DNA of 64,000 nucleotides from Isurus oxyrinchus (lineage: Eukaryota): NCBI GenBank assembly GCA_026770705.1, contig JANJGN010000156.1, positions 434,001 through 498,000 on the forward strand, written 5' to 3'. The translations under genes and the position numbers were made by a program. Positions 35,850 through 49,610 of this stretch are shown here, one piece after another. Below the pieces are notes generated by a model. That model was not told the origin of the DNA and did no database searches. It saw only the letters and a program-made list of their open reading frames with translations. Positions within the stretch are counted from its first letter, which is position 1, and each line of letters starts with the position of its first letter.

Positions 35850-36200
35850 AGCAGGAAGTTATCAATTGAATGGTTAGATGGTCAGAAAAGTGCCAAATGG
35901 AATTCAACCCGCGGAAGAGCGATGTAATACAGCTGGGGAACTCAAACAAGTCGAAGGGAATACACAATTAATGAAGAGAGTATTGGGAGGTATAGAGGAA
36001 GTGATGGACATTGGATCGAATCTCTACAGATTCCCGAATGTTACTTGAAAGGCCAATGAGGTGTTTAAGAAGTCAAGTAGAAACATTTCGCTTATTAGAC
36101 GAGGCATAAGACATACTAGCAGGGAGGTTATGGAGGTACTTTATCAATTATTATTTAGGCCACAATTTGAGTACTGTGTGCATTCCTGGTCACATCATGG
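35850..36200 (+). mobile_element. CR1 LINE fragment
   Basis: WSEKCQMEFN; LYQLLFRPQFEYCVHSWS. Confidence 0.7.
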
Positions 36201-36648
36201 AAATTACCAAATTACAAATCGATGGTGGAGGTCCGGCATGATGAACGTGGATATCCTGTGGTATCTGCTGCTAAAAATGGGAGCCAACGTTAGATAAAAC
36301 TCGTTATCCCAGATTGAGGAGTGACCCTCATCAATATTCCACAACCCGAGCTCTAAACGGAGGGATATATTAACATTTAAGGGATCCACACAATTTAATT
36401 TTGAAGCCCGCTGAACTGAACAACACAGCAGAATCTCCCATGTATCTGTTGCATTTCACAAAATAACAATCCACACCCCTCCTCTTGCCAATGTGCTTGA
36501 AAGGAGCGTTATATATCAACATTTAAACCCAAGCTTCACATGGAGCTATTTAGGAAAATGACGAACTGTCTCACCTAATAAGTAGATTTGAGTGTTTGAA
36601 AGAAGAGAGAGTTAGAGGGGCTCAGAGCTTAAGGGACGGAATTCCTGA

Positions 36649-37370
36649 TGTCACGAACGTACCATAATTCTCATAACATTATTGTGATTTATTGTAAACG
36701 TTGGTAATAGTCGCATTTGATTAGTTTCTCTGAGTGTGTGGGGGATGTAATTGAATTGGAGACAGCTTGTCTGGAGGCTTTAAATCATCAATGAAGCTAG
36801 GTTTTAAATGCTAAATGGGAAAACATGGCTGACGTCTTAGAATGTGAGCTGAGCAGAATTTGCAGTTAAATCGCAGTAGTTTGAATTTCAATGAGATGGT
36901 TGGATGTTACACCTAGCCAGAGAAGGCAAACAATCAGCGTGTTTATTTTTTCTCAAAGGTTCCAGATAATATTAGCACTATGATTAGCAATATGGTTCAT
37001 ATTATGAGAAAGGTAAAGTTCCAAAGACACCTGGGAACAATGGGGCTCACATTAAAAAGTACAAACATGTATAAAGGAGAACGATGACAGGGAAGGCATT
37101 CTAAGGTCGACTGGAAGTGTAAACAGCCTTCAGCATTTGTGCATTAAGCCTGCTGTCTACACAGACTGAAGCTTGGAATAGCCACTTTGAATACTTCTGC
37201 CCAGGGTATTGTGTCGACTTGCTGGGTCTGTTTAAATATATTTATTTTTACTATTTCCTTAACGGGAGTGTAAGTGGAAGCGAGGTTAATTAAGGGTTTT
37301 CGGAGTTAATATAGCAGAAATTTGTAGACCTATGTTGTGCTTGAAATCCTCTTACATATGTTACATGTTC
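36649..37370 (+). mobile_element. Degraded LTR of a Gypsy family (related to 46558 and 60307); gag-like relics to ~38300
   Basis: Starts tgtcacgaa; shares gtaattgaatt.gag.ca, gaatttgca, tgtttatttt, gaacaatgg with the other two copies. Confidence 0.55.
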
Positions 37371-40346
37371 GGTAGAAAACATCAGACAATTACCTGGAAC
37401 CGTTTGTTCATCACCTTCACGTGTTCAGCTATTTTCTAATCTCCCAGTCAACACAGAAATTAAAGCCGTGATTCATCAAATCCTGCAGCTCAGAAGGAGG
37501 CCTGTCAGCCAATCTACTCTGTGCCTGTTTTTGGAAAGAGATGTCAATTTTGTCCACAATCAAGTTTCCAAGTCACCCTGTAAATTAGTTATTTTTATAT
37601 TCAGATTGAATCTCATTCCACCGATCTTTCAGATAGTAAATCAATGCAGCGTGATTGCTGGGAATATTTTTTTAAAAATCCTGGAAATCCTCAGCGGTCG
37701 GAGGCACCAGTGGAGGTATCAGAGTGAACTATGCAGGTCGATGACTTATCATCAGAAATGAAGAAAGATAGAAATATACCAAGTATTAAAAACGTGGAGA
37801 GCAGGAAAGGGCAGGATTTACAAAGGCGAATGTATGTGATGGTGGAGGGAAGGGGAGAACATGTTTCTTCATGCAACATCCACAGAGAGTTGTAATGGTT
37901 ATGGTAAAGAATCAAAAGGTATGTCCAGATGGGGTTGTGAATGGCTGCATAGCAACCGCCCAAATGTAATATGAAGGGGCAAAGATAGAAACGTGACGAA
38001 ACCAAACCTGTTAAACCCAGTAAGAAATAACATGGAGGCAGATGTTATGAAGGTTACATCAACGTAACACCGTCCGAAAAAAAATTTTGCGTTTATGTGC
38101 CGATATTAAGAAGCCTGAATGGACCAACATTACATTTAGAGGTGTTTACTTAAGGAAGCACTTTGTTTTATTACAGGTTTAGCAGACCAAGGGAAGAGAT
38201 TCACTGGTTTATGTTACTGCACGTTATGCAAGAAAGAGTGGGTAGGGTTAAATGGTGGATCGTTTTAATGATGGTCCGGGGTTGGCAGATACATTTACTT
38301 CCCTAAACTTAGTTATTCACACAATCTAAACGTTATTCCGAATGAGCTGTATTGCTTTCAAGGGAATAGTATCACACTTTGCCCAAACAAACACCATAAT
38401 AAATGGATTACACACTGAGAAATCCATCTCTGTGCCTTTGGAGCTTCCGTTTTCAATTTCTGCAACTTAATAGCTCCCTGAATTAAATACACCCTTCAAG
38501 GCTTTGAAGGTCCATTGCACAGACCAGGATAACAATTGTTACGTCACACTCCACTGGTTAAAATGAATAGTTGATGCAAGTTGGAAGATTTGTGAAATGA
38601 AGCCAAAGGGAGGGTGCGTGTGTGGTTTACAAAATGATAATTAGTTAAATTTTGTGAAGAATGGTATAACATTTGCAATTCTAAAATTCTCTAGCATCGT
38701 CCGTTGTAACTAAGCAGGATTGGAAATTTGCGGCCCACTACCCTCCACAATTTCCAAACTTTCTTTCCTCAACACCCTGCCCCTGAACTAATCCAGGTGT
38801 ATTATTAACATTTAAGAAAAGCCAGGTTTATAATGCCGCCTCTTTCTACAATTGTCGAGCATCCAATTTCCCAACTACGTCGAGTTTCATTCTGCCTTTG
38901 GCCGTGTTTTTCTTTCTTGGCAAACACGGTATAATCATCTGGTTCCAGGCGTGAAATTCCGTTTTAGTCCCTATTCGGCCAATTCCTGTTTTTGCAACCT
39001 TTTATATTTATATCCATAGAGTAAAAAAAAAACATCTGCTAGTCTATTCTCTCATTCACCCTTTACCTCTGAAATCTCTTAAGGCTTTCGTAAATGTACC
39101 CGTAATATCGTTTTTTTTAAAGTGTGTGCGGCAGATAAAGGTCTAACAGGAAAAGAAAATGGCATCCACTGCATAACTTTTGCAATAACCCCGAACCGGT
39201 TATCATTCGGGTAACAGTGCAAACCCACAAGTTCATTAGGATGAAAAGAAGAGGGAGCAATTCTTAAGAACAAGGGTGCGTGTTCGCTTCGAAGAGAATT
39301 TCGACCCTACTGTGCTTCTTTACATTTGCACGTCATTCTATATGCTTCCTCCCGACTTGAAAATGTTCAGCTCTTTACCTAATTAATTTGAAATAAATAA
39401 CCGCGTTATTGAGAACCGAACTTTGAACCGTCTGCAATATTAAATGTAAGAAACGATCCGCGGCGCTAAGTTACAAGCAACATCACCCAGCACTGTTTTG
39501 AACTGTGTTTGATTATTTTGCAGCAAACTCGTTTGGAATTATTCATTTGCTATGGGGCTGTAGAACAGCACGAATTGAGAATTTTCAGAAAGGAGCAATT
39601 GAAACGGATATCCAAACAGAAAGTTCTGGAATATTTAAAAAGACGTGAGACACATGATACACCTGCTCCTTTTTCTCATTTTCTTACTGACACCGCTCAG
39701 AGGGAACACCAGGATTATACAGAGCTTGGAATGGAAGCGGTGCTGATTCACCAGTGCGATTCCCGAATTCATTAGGTTTTTTTTGGAGTTAAAGATTCAT
39801 CATCCTAGATTCGAATCAACATAGAATGTACACAGAATAGAGAGAGGCCATTTGCCCTATCCTGCTTGTACTGGCTCTTTAAGGGAGAAATTCGCCCACT
39901 GTCAATCCCCCCGACTTCCCTCCATCCCTGCACAATTTTTTTTCTACTTTCAGGGATTCATATTTTTTTCTGTTCCCTTGATTACAGGAGAATGAAGCGT
40001 GCTCTGGTTGAAGTTTTTAACCTGTTAAAATGAATTGTTAGGTTAAACGCAGAGAAGTCTTCTCCTCTGGTGGCAAGAACGGGATTGAATTTTAACATTT
40101 TTTTTGCCACAGGTCTGCAATGATTGTGCCAAATAACGGATATGTCAGGAAGCACTTATCACACTTGGAGCATCAGGAATCCTAGTAACAATTCATAAAT
40201 TGATCGAGGCTACCCCAGTTTCGAGAGGGTGGATCTTTCCTTGGAAATAAACGAAACGTTACCTCAGTTCTCCTTGAAGATGTCAGCGTCCATTTTTCTG
40301 TCTTTTGTCGTTTTACTTGCAATCAACAGCTTGATCCAAAAGGCAA

Positions 40347-40425
40347 CCCACAGACTGGGACTTCAAGCCTGGACCCTCAGGTTATATGTCTGATGCGCTA
40401 CAGAGCTCTCTAGAGCTACTCAGCC
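40347..40425 (-). pseudogene. tRNA-Lys(TTT) relic
   Basis: gggacttcaagcctggaccctcag..gtctgatgc matches the reverse complement of tRNA-Lys-TTT. Confidence 0.7.
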
Positions 40426-41125
40426 TCTACTCCCCATCACTGTCGAACAAGAGATATCACAAGCTATTGTTCAATTATACTGTTAGGTATTTCATCCTCT
40501 GCAGCGCATTCCCCTCAGAGGCAGACCGGCAGCCTCCCTTTGGCTTCATTTCACAATTATTCTAATTTGAACCAACTACTCGTTCCTTACCAGCAATGTA
40601 TGATTTGACAACACCTGTTGCCCAGGCATCTGAGCTGGGCCTTTAAACCTTTGCAGTATTCGTCGGTTTTGGTAAGATATAATTGGAGTGGGAAGCTACA
40701 AAAGGCACAGAGGTAGATTTCTCAAGTGGATTAAAAAAATCATATAGTGCTTGTTGTGGGAACCGGTGACACCGTCACACTGAAAACCACGAAGCTCATT
40801 CAGAATAACGCTATACATTGTGCAACGCTATACATTGTGCAAATCACAAAGTGTCGGGTTAAAGAAAGTGTCAACCCAAGGGTCTTATCAAAAAGGACGG
40901 CAACACTTATCCCTCCTCATTCATTCCTGGCGAACATGCAGTGACGCAAAAAATTCAACTCTCGCTCATCATTTTCGCCGGCAATATTTCAAATTGCTCC
41001 TTCCACTTGAACCTCCCAAGGAAACGGTGATCCTGTTTGGCTTCATTACATCGGCTCCTAATTCCCTACTCTGTTTCAGGACGTCATTGGTTAAATTTAA
41101 AACCATGCATTGACTGAAAGGATAA

Positions 41126-41198
41126 AGGTGCCACTGACATTTTAACAGAGTATCTCATGTGTATTAAAGAAGCGTTTTAAATAACCAAGTCACAAGCC
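41126..41198 (-). pseudogene. tRNA-Thr relic
   Basis: Paralog of 44294-44367; heavily decayed. Confidence 0.5.
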
Positions 41199-41379
41199 CA
41201 ACACTGACCAGAGTTTACAAAGCAAAGTTCTGAATTGCATCCCACTTCTTCGCTGCAAATATTATTGTTCATTTGTGCGAATTGAAAACTTTCACCTGCA
41301 CTGGGCTTTCAAAACTTTGAAGATTGTATTTCTTCAGGTTTGATATTAAGTTGCAAGCATGAACGTTCTTCCTTTCCAG

Positions 41380-41810
41380 ATAACAGTCCGTTCTTAATTC
41401 TTCCCTTGCAGTTAATTTCACCTCAATCACAGGCGCTGCATTCCAGACCTTAACCTCTTCCTGCGAGAAAAAATAAAGTTCTATTTTTCTTCGTCTCAGT
41501 TTTTTTTTGGCAACTACTTTAAATCTGCAACAGCTCGAACTTGATCCTTTCACGAACGGGAGCCCTTTCCTCCCATCAAATCTGCTCAGGTCGCTCGTGA
41601 TTTTCCATCCTTCTATCAAATCTCCATTCAGACTTCTTTTCTCCCAGAAAAACAGTCCTAACCTCTACAATCTATCTTCCTAACTGAAGTTCCTCATCTC
41701 AGCAGCCATCTCGTGAATTTTTTCTGCACTCCTTCCAGCATCCTTAATATCCTTCCTAAATTGTAGCGCCCAGAACCAGACGGGATGCAGCAGCTGAGGC
41801 TGAACTCTTA
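41380..41810 (-). mobile_element. CR1 LINE 3' fragment
   Basis: Homologous to 19100-19550; FFSQEEVKVWN. Confidence 0.75.
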
Positions 41811-42627
41811 GGGACACTTAGAAATCCTAATTATGTTATTCCCATTACACCATTCTTCGTTTTTTTGTGCCATGTCTGTTGTCCTCATAGACAATCGCTT
41901 TTGATGTGATTCCATAACCAACACATCGGATCTAAGTTGTGCAGTTCTGTCACTTCCAGTCGTGAAAGGCGGTGGACAATTAAACACTGATTGGGAACGA
42001 GGCCCCGAATATAAATAATGACCTCAGCAGCGAATCTTAAATTCAGGAAGCAATAAAATAAAAGGCGCTCAACGTGTTCCGAGGGTCGCTGCAGTCCTAC
42101 CCTGGTGTCCTGTGCCATCCTCAGTTCAAAGCTCCCCATAGTGGACCAAACCTTATCGGTCACCGTCTATTCAGTGAGGTTCATCCCAACAACAGTTTCC
42201 AGATGGAATGAAAGCGGAGAAAAACATTTGTTTTTCCAAAATTAGTGGTTGATTGAGATGTCTTTAAAATCTTGTTTTTTTTTCCTGGAAAAACGTCTCA
42301 AATCCCTTAAGACGTTCGTAGATTGATCCTTGGTGTCCCTCTTCATGTAAGTGCATGCAGTGGATAAAGACAGAGAGGAAAAGAAAATGTTATATCCTGC
42401 ACGACTTCTGCACTGACCCCAAAGCAGCTATCATTCACGTAATATGGCAAACCCACTGGTACATTGGGATGAACTGAAAAGGGAGCGATACATAAGCATA
42501 CCGGTGCACGTTCTTTTCAAAGGGAATTTTGATCCTATTGTGCTTCGTTATGTTCACCTTCATTCTACATGCTTCCTCACGACCTGAAAATGTTCAGCTC
42601 TTTGCCTGATTAATTTTAAATAAATAA

Positions 42628-42702
42628 CAGCGCCATTGAAATCTGAACTCAGGATCGTCTGCATGACTATATGTAAGACATGACCCACTATACCACACTG
42701 CT
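42628..42702 (-). pseudogene. tRNA-Thr-like relic (paralogs ~20366-20438 and ~39399-39467)
   Basis: gcgccattg..tgaactcaggatc..ctg...cactataccac resembles reverse-complement tRNA-Thr; A-rich run on the terminator side. Confidence 0.4.
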
Positions 42703-43574
42703 AAGTCACAAACAGTTATGTTTTGAACCGTATTTCACTATTTTGCTGTAAGTTCATAGAGTATTCTTCATCTGTTATGGGGCTGTAGGGCAGCACGAAA
42801 TAAGAATTTTGAGGAAGGAGCAATTGAGTTGGACAATCAACCAAGAAGGTGTGGACGGTTTGTGAAGCCGTGAGACACATGACACACCTGTCCTTATTTC
42901 TCATGTTGTTGCAGACACTGCTCAGAAGATACATCAGGATTATACTAAGCTAGGAAAGGAAGCAGCGCTGATTGACCAGTGGGCTCTGGAGTTCAGCAGG
43001 TTACATCTGGAGTTAAATTTCATCATCCACGATTCGTATTAGCATACAATGGGGTCAGCCGATAAATAGGCCATTTGGCCCATCCTGTCTGTGCTGGTTC
43101 GTTGAAGGAGAAATTCGCCTCAATCAATCCACCGGCCATCTCCCCGATCCTTACGAAATCTTTAGTTTTATTTTCAGGGATTAACTGTGTTTTCTATTCT
43201 CTTCATTATAGAAGAATGATCTGATCGAGGCTTCTAGCCTGTTAAAGTGAATTGTTAGTTTAAACACAGAGAAGTCATTTCACCTGGCAGGAAGAATGGG
43301 GTTGAATGTTGACTTTTGTTTTGGTCACAGTTCCACAGCGCAGGTGCCAGCCAAGCAACAGGAATGTCAGGAAGCACTCTTCACACAAGGAGTACCTGGA
43401 AACCCAGGAAAGAATTTAAATTGATCGAGGCTACCACAATTGCAAGAGAGTGGATCCTTTGTTGGAAATCAAAGTAACGCCGCCAGTTCCTCAGCTTCCC
43501 TTGAAGAATTCAGCGTCCAAGGCTGTTTCATTTTGTCGTTTCACCGGGCGGGAACATCTTAAGCCGAAAGTGAA

Positions 43575-43647
43575 CAGCCAGACATGGACTTATCACCTGA
43601 ACGCTGAGATTAAAAGTCTGGTGCCCGAACGAAAGAGCTGCCCAGTG
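43575..43647 (-). pseudogene. tRNA-Lys(TTT) relic
   Basis: agattaaaagtctg anticodon arm retained; 73 nt; paralog of 40347. Confidence 0.65.
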
Positions 43648-44293
43648 AGAGCAGCCATCACTACTTAAAAAGAGGCGTCACAAGCATTTTATGCATTCCT
43701 TTGTGAGGTGACTCATCTTCTGCAGCTCCTTTTTCCTCACAAGCAGACCAGCAGACTCCCTTTGGCTTCATTTTACAATTATTCTAATTTGCAGCAACTA
43801 CTCACTCCTGACACATGGCGTGTGACCTCGCAACTGTTGTTAGCCAGTTATCTGCACTGGGCATTTAAAGCTTTGAAGATTGCATTGGTTTCGGGAAGAT
43901 ATAATTGGAGTCGGAAGCTACAAAATGAATAAACAATTTCTAACAGTGTTTGTAGTGGGAACGTGTGATGACATCACATTGAAATCAACAAAGCTTCTAA
44001 ATAGTCCAAATCTCAAATTGTAGGGATGGAAATAGATCTGCCAGCCCAAGGACTTCATCAAAAAAGCACCAACATTTATCTATCCCCGTTCGTTCCTTCC
44101 TAAAGCGCAGTAACATAAATCATTCAAACTTTGCCCACAGTTATCACCGGCAATATTTTGAAATGTTCTTCCCGCATGACTTCCCAAGGAAACAATGATC
44201 CTATCCTGCTTCATTATATAGTCGCCTAATTATCAATGCTGCCTTTGGTCGTCAATGGTTTTATTTAAAGCCATGCATCGACGTAATCGATAA

Positions 44294-44367
44294 AGACACA
44301 TCTGACAATGAAAAGCAGAATCGCTTTTACATTAAACAAGCGCTTTAACCAACTAAGTCACAACGCC
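44294..44367 (-). pseudogene. tRNA-Thr relic
   Basis: gcgctttaaccaactaagtcacaacgcc matches the reverse complement of the tRNA-Thr 5' half (GGCGCCGTGGCTTAGTTGGTTAAAGCGC). Confidence 0.7.
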
Positions 44368-45589
44368 AACACTGACTAGAGCTTTGCAATGTAAACTTCC
44401 AAATTGCATCCCACTACTTTGCTGCAAACATTACTGTTCATCTCTTATTGGGCTGTATGAAAGTCCGAATTGAGAACGTTCATCTGCACAGGGCTTTCAA
44501 AGCTTTGAAGATTCGATTTCTTTCGGTGAGATATTAAGTCACATAAATTCCAGTGAGAGGTACAAAGGGAGAGGGATTGATTTTGCAAATTGGGAAACTG
44601 CTTTACATAGTGCCTGTTGTGGAAATGTAAAGTCCTGGCAGGTCCCGCAGATGCTGTTGCTGTATTGTAGGTCAGATAGCAGACTCACCCTCCATTAATT
44701 GAAGATCAACATCATTTCTGGACTCAAACACAGATCACTGGTTCTAGCTCTTTCCTTCCGACCATGGATTGGTCAACATGTGACTCCAGACACAGAGCTC
44801 TAAACTATCCCCCTGAATTGGTCTAGCAAAGCACTGGGTCTTATTAAAATCGCAGTTTCAAAGAGCAATTAGGGGGTGGGGAAATGCTGGTGTCAGCAGT
44901 CACAGATCACATCCCTTCCCTTTGTCCATTTTGTGGCTCTGAAAAGAGCTGTTGTTAGATATAGTGCTGAAACCAGTTTTAGGGTCGCTCCCCGCGGATG
45001 CGGCGGGACAGCTGGATATCTTTCGGCAAGATGGTGACCCGCTTTAACGGATGGAGCGCAGGTTTTACACAGGAGTACTTTTTTCCTGTGCAAGCCCTTT
45101 TATAAAAATTCCTATCTTTCCAGTAAAGATTTGGAATTTATATATAATACTGCTAACCTCTGATGCTGCTCCCGGGACCCCCCTCCCCTCCCGCCACATA
45201 AAACCAGGGAACTAAATGACAGCATCCATCTATTTGTTCCACGTGGCTGCGGGTGTAATTTATCAAAATGACATCTCATAGCACCAGCCCAGTTGTGGGA
45301 TGGCTTTAGCGCTGAATACTGTGATGAAACATTTATCAATCCGTTGCTTATTGCCTTCTAAGAATGTTCAATTTATAGAACAATCCAGGTTCTCCCTTAA
45401 GTGGACTTTTATAGCTAAAATTACCATGTCCCTGCGAGCTAACTGGGAATGGCTTAATCTGCACAGTGATAGTGCAAATAAATGTTGAGCCTCATGCCAG
45501 GATCAATAGCCATGGAAATTAAGCCGGGAGCATGATAGGTGGTTGTTCTGGTGGTTCCGGAAAGTAACATATTTAATAACCACGTGGCA

Positions 45590-45830
45590 GAGCCAGAATG
45601 CTTCTCCATTGTACTCAGTGTCTCATCATAGGACTGTCCCCTCATCCTGGGGACGAATCAGTGAAGATTCTCTGTGCCGCCTCCAAATCACTAGTATCCT
45701 TCCTTAAAGATGCAGATCAAAACTGCAAATAATATTAGAGGTATGATGTCACCAAAGCCCTTTGTTTTTTAGCAAGACTTACTAATTCTTGAACTCAGAC
45801 CCCCTTACAATACAGTCTAAAATGCACTGT
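45590..45830 (-). mobile_element. CR1 LINE fragment
   Basis: tctctgtgccgcctccaa..tatccttccttaa..caaaactgca..ggtatgatgtcaccaaagccc. Confidence 0.6.
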
Positions 45831-46557
45831 CTTCAAATGAACACAATACGTGTCTAAGTGAGGTTATGAAAAGCTGCATAGAAGTCGTCCAAAGGCAACA
45901 TTGAAGGAACAATTAAATAAAGGAAACCGAACGCAGCCCACAAAGGAAATAAACAAGAAAGAAGATAAAGAAGGATATTAAGAACTTAAATTGATGAACT
46001 CATTTTTGAGTTCAGGGGCTGAAGCGTCCTGAGTCAAAAGATGATCCACTTTTCCATAAGCTTTGATTTTGGTGAGGCCATTTATTCCCTAGGTTCTGTT
46101 CTATTATTAAAAGATATCATGGCAAATTGGGAGCCAAATCGCTTTTGCATTGTAGGTCAATATATTTTCTAATAAAACATTATCGATCGCAGCTTTAAAA
46201 TAAAGCCTCCAATTAATATGTACAGAACGGAGCTCCGAACTTCCAGCACCCTTTCTGTCTCTATTGTTTCCTAATTTCAACGTTGAAATCTGTCTATTTG
46301 TTGTGCCTGTGTTCCTTATTCCCAAATTCCAAGCAAGTGGAAATAGTTTCCTCAACTGATCATATCCGCTCCAGAGGTCCTAGTTCATAAATCATTAAAG
46401 TAGCTTGCATACAAGGTCCAGCAAGTGATTAGGAAGGCAAATTAAATGGTGGCTTTTATTGAGGGAGAATGGAACTTTTAGTGCAGCTGTACAGAAGATT
46501 AGTGAGCAAACATCTGGAAAACTGTGTACAGTGTTGGTCACCATATTTTTAAAAAAT

Positions 46558-47497
46558 CGTCATGAAACGATAATATTTTTCGTAATATTATTGTCGGCTT
46601 ATATGTGTGAATGTGGATGTTCCTGCCTAAGTGAATGAAGTAATTGAATTAGAGTCAGATAGACTGCAGGTTTGAAATTATCGAAATAAATTAAGAGCAG
46701 GAAGACATCTGAAATGCTAATAAGTAAATATGGATGAGGTGCAGGGTGTGAAGGAAATTTGCATTTTCAGATAAGTGGAAGTTGGTTGGGTATCAAATGG
46801 ATAGTAGTATTTTTGTAACTAACAAGATAGACAGGGGAAGGTTATTATGTTTATTTTTCCTAAAAGGAAACGGACTTTATTGACTTTCTGACTGATTTTT
46901 ACAAAACGAGAAAATTAAACTTTCAAAGTCCTGTAGAACAATGGCATTTAGAGATTAGAATGAGAGAAACGTATATACAAACGGATGAAATACTGTATAG
47001 AGAGCATTGCCATGTCAGATTCAAAGGTACACTATATGAAGCACTCCTTGGGAAACAGTCACTTTAGCAGACGTTTGCTATTTATACAAATACAAAGAGT
47101 TGCGTTTAAAGGCTTTGGTAATCCAATGTCGAATACTTGGTGTGGTATCTTTGCATCATTGATTTTGTAGCTTCAAATCTATTTTAGGCTGCTGTCTTAT
47201 AGGGGGAGTGGAGTTGGCAACCTGTTTAACTAAGAATTTTGGGAAATGCTACGCCTAAATAACCGTGTAACTTAAATATTGTGTGTATTTACCGTTTTTT
47301 TTTCCTTCTGTTAATAAATATTTTACGATAATTAAAAATCCCTTAAGGTGTTATTGGATTCAATGCCTCGGAGTTCAGTGCAAAAGCCTTCTCGGAAAAA
47401 ATACAAATTGTCTGAACTTTTGTGATAAATGGCCAAGTTTCCCTTCTGCATTTGGTCCACCTGGCATACATTACCTGTCATACCAAATTCATAAGAA
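46558..47497 (+). mobile_element. Probable solo LTR nested in a CR1 fragment (CR1 ~46370-46555 resumes ~47498-47715)
   Basis: CR1 reading ENCVQCWSPY is interrupted and resumes at gcattgcagagaaagg; the insert resembles the LTRs at 36649 and 60307. Confidence 0.55.
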
Positions 47498-48439
47498 GCA
47501 TTGCAGAGAAAGGTCAGTCAATTCTTTGCGAGGATGATGGGTTTAACTTATTAAGGCAGTTTGGTCCTGTTTCCATTAGAGATGAGAAGAAAGCGAGGAG
47601 AGCTTACTGAATCATACCCGGTCCCGAAGGGACATGATCGGATGGAGTCGAGAAGTAAGGGACAGTGTAGAAAAAGGAGAGGTCTCCATTTTAAGAGGAA
47701 ATGCGAGGCTTTTTTAATCCTCGTAGAGTGACGTTCTGTGTAATTTTACTTTTTGCTGTGTCCATGAACACTTTCTTTCACCCAAGGCCCGGAAATTAGG
47801 CGTTTGCATCGCGTGGATGTTCTGAATGTTCATGACACAGAAAAGGCTCTTTCTCACTTGACAAACATTTTCTTCCACCTGCTGTGATGGGAAATGAAAT
47901 TCGCTGGTAAATATGATCAAACAGTTTATGTTTTTTTTTTGTAAAATGCACTTTTTTAACTTCAGCGAACATTGCAAATACAATTTAACCGACCAGTTCA
48001 CATGTTGATGTCCTTTTCGCTTTGTTTGATGTATTTCATGACTCTGCTGGGTGCTCTGTTACATGCATCCAGCACTGCCAGTCTTAAAAAAATAATCACC
48101 ACAATCATATTGCTCATTTTGCACCCCAGGTCGGTATGATTTATTTTTCATTTATGGGATGTGAGCGTCGCTGGCTAGGCCAGCATTTACAGCTGCTCCT
48201 AAATTACGCTAGAGAACTTGGTGATGTGCTGCCTTCTTGAACTGCTAAAGTCCATGTGGTGTAGGTGCACTCAGAGTGCAGTGAGAGATGGAGTTGCAGG
48301 ATGTTCACATCGGCATCTTTCTCTTTCTTCTGGACAACATTTGTTGTAAGGGACCTGAACAAAATGAATAATTGTCAGTATGGAGTCCCTATCTGAAAGA
48401 GGAAACGCATCCGGTAGAGATGATATAACACGCGTTCAC

Positions 48440-49610
48440 TAGCCTCATGCGAAAGCAAGACTCAGCATGGTTTTTCGAAAGGGAAATCATGTTTAACCAA
48501 GTTATTAGAGTTTTTTGAAGGATAAGCATGTGTTATGGATGAAGAGGAGCACGTATGCTTAATATACTTCGATTTTCAAAAGGCCTTAGACAAGCTGCCA
48601 CATCGAAGGTTATTGCAGAAAATAAATGTTAATGGTATAGGGGTAAGATATTGGCATGGAGAGAAGGCTGGCTGGCTGACAGAAAACAGAGAGTATGCAT
48701 ATGTGGGTCTTTGTCTGATTGGCAGGAAATACGACTGGATAGGGATAGGTGCTGGGATCATGATTTTTTACAATTTATATCAATCGCTTAGATGAGGAGA
48801 TTTAAGTCATGATGGAAAATTTTTGAGTTGGCACAGATAAAGTTGGGAAAGTTCTGAAGATTGCAAAAGGAACATGCAAATAGAAATATATGGATTGAGT
48901 TTTTGGGCAAAAACCTACAGATGGATAATTATTTTGGAACATATGAAGATGTTCACTTTGGTAGGGAAAATAATAATAAAAAGAAACAAATTATTAATTA
49001 CACAGAGAGCGACTGCAGAGTTCCAAGCTGCAGGGGGATCTAGGTGCCTTGGTTCATGAGTCACAAAAAGTTATTATGCAGGTACAGCACGTAATGTAGA
49101 AGTTGAATGCAATGCTATCCTTTATTTCTAGAGGAATTGCAGACAAAGGAAAGGCTGTTAAGCTTCAGTAATACAGGGTAATCATGACTCCAAATCTGGA
49201 GTACTGTATGCCTTTTTTTCCCTTTACTTTAGGAAGGATGTAAGTGAGTTTGAGGCGGTTCAGAGCGGGTTTACTGGGTTGATACCTGGAATGAGCGGGT
49301 GCCCTATGAGTATTGGTCGGACAGACTGGGTGTGTTCCTTGTAGGACAGTGGAAATGAGATGTTTTTTTTTCTCTCAGGTGACTATGCGACTTCAGAACA
49401 TTCGGCCTCAGAAAGCAATGGAGGTGCTGTCATTTAAAATTTTAAAAAATACAGGTAAATAAATTCTTGTAAGGCAAAAGATTCAAAGGCTTTCGGCGCA
49501 GATGGGAATGTGGAATGCGAAATACAAACATATCATCCACCATCTTGGTGAACGGAGGAACAGCCTCGAAGATCCATTTGATTTACTTCTGCTCCTATTT
49601 CCTATGTTCG
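48440..49610 (+). mobile_element. CR1 LINE RT and 3' end
   Basis: QHGF.KGKSCLTKLLEFFE, LIYFDFQKALDKLPHRRLL. Confidence 0.85.

Larger units (their letters stand above)
39065..44540 (+). repeat. Tandem ~3.2-kb duplication carrying tRNA relics (39065-41350 vs 42295-44540)
   Basis: Colinear throughout, e.g. gaaaatgttcagctcttt, ttgatcgaggctacc, ctccctttggcttcattt, aattgcatcccactt. Confidence 0.9.

Noticed and set aside
39280-39292. U6-like 5' end gtgttcgcttcg
   Set aside because: No downstream U6 similarity and not conserved in the two paralogous units
40807-40842. 17-bp direct repeat aacgctatacattgtgc x2
   Set aside because: Simple slippage duplication, absent from the paralogous unit
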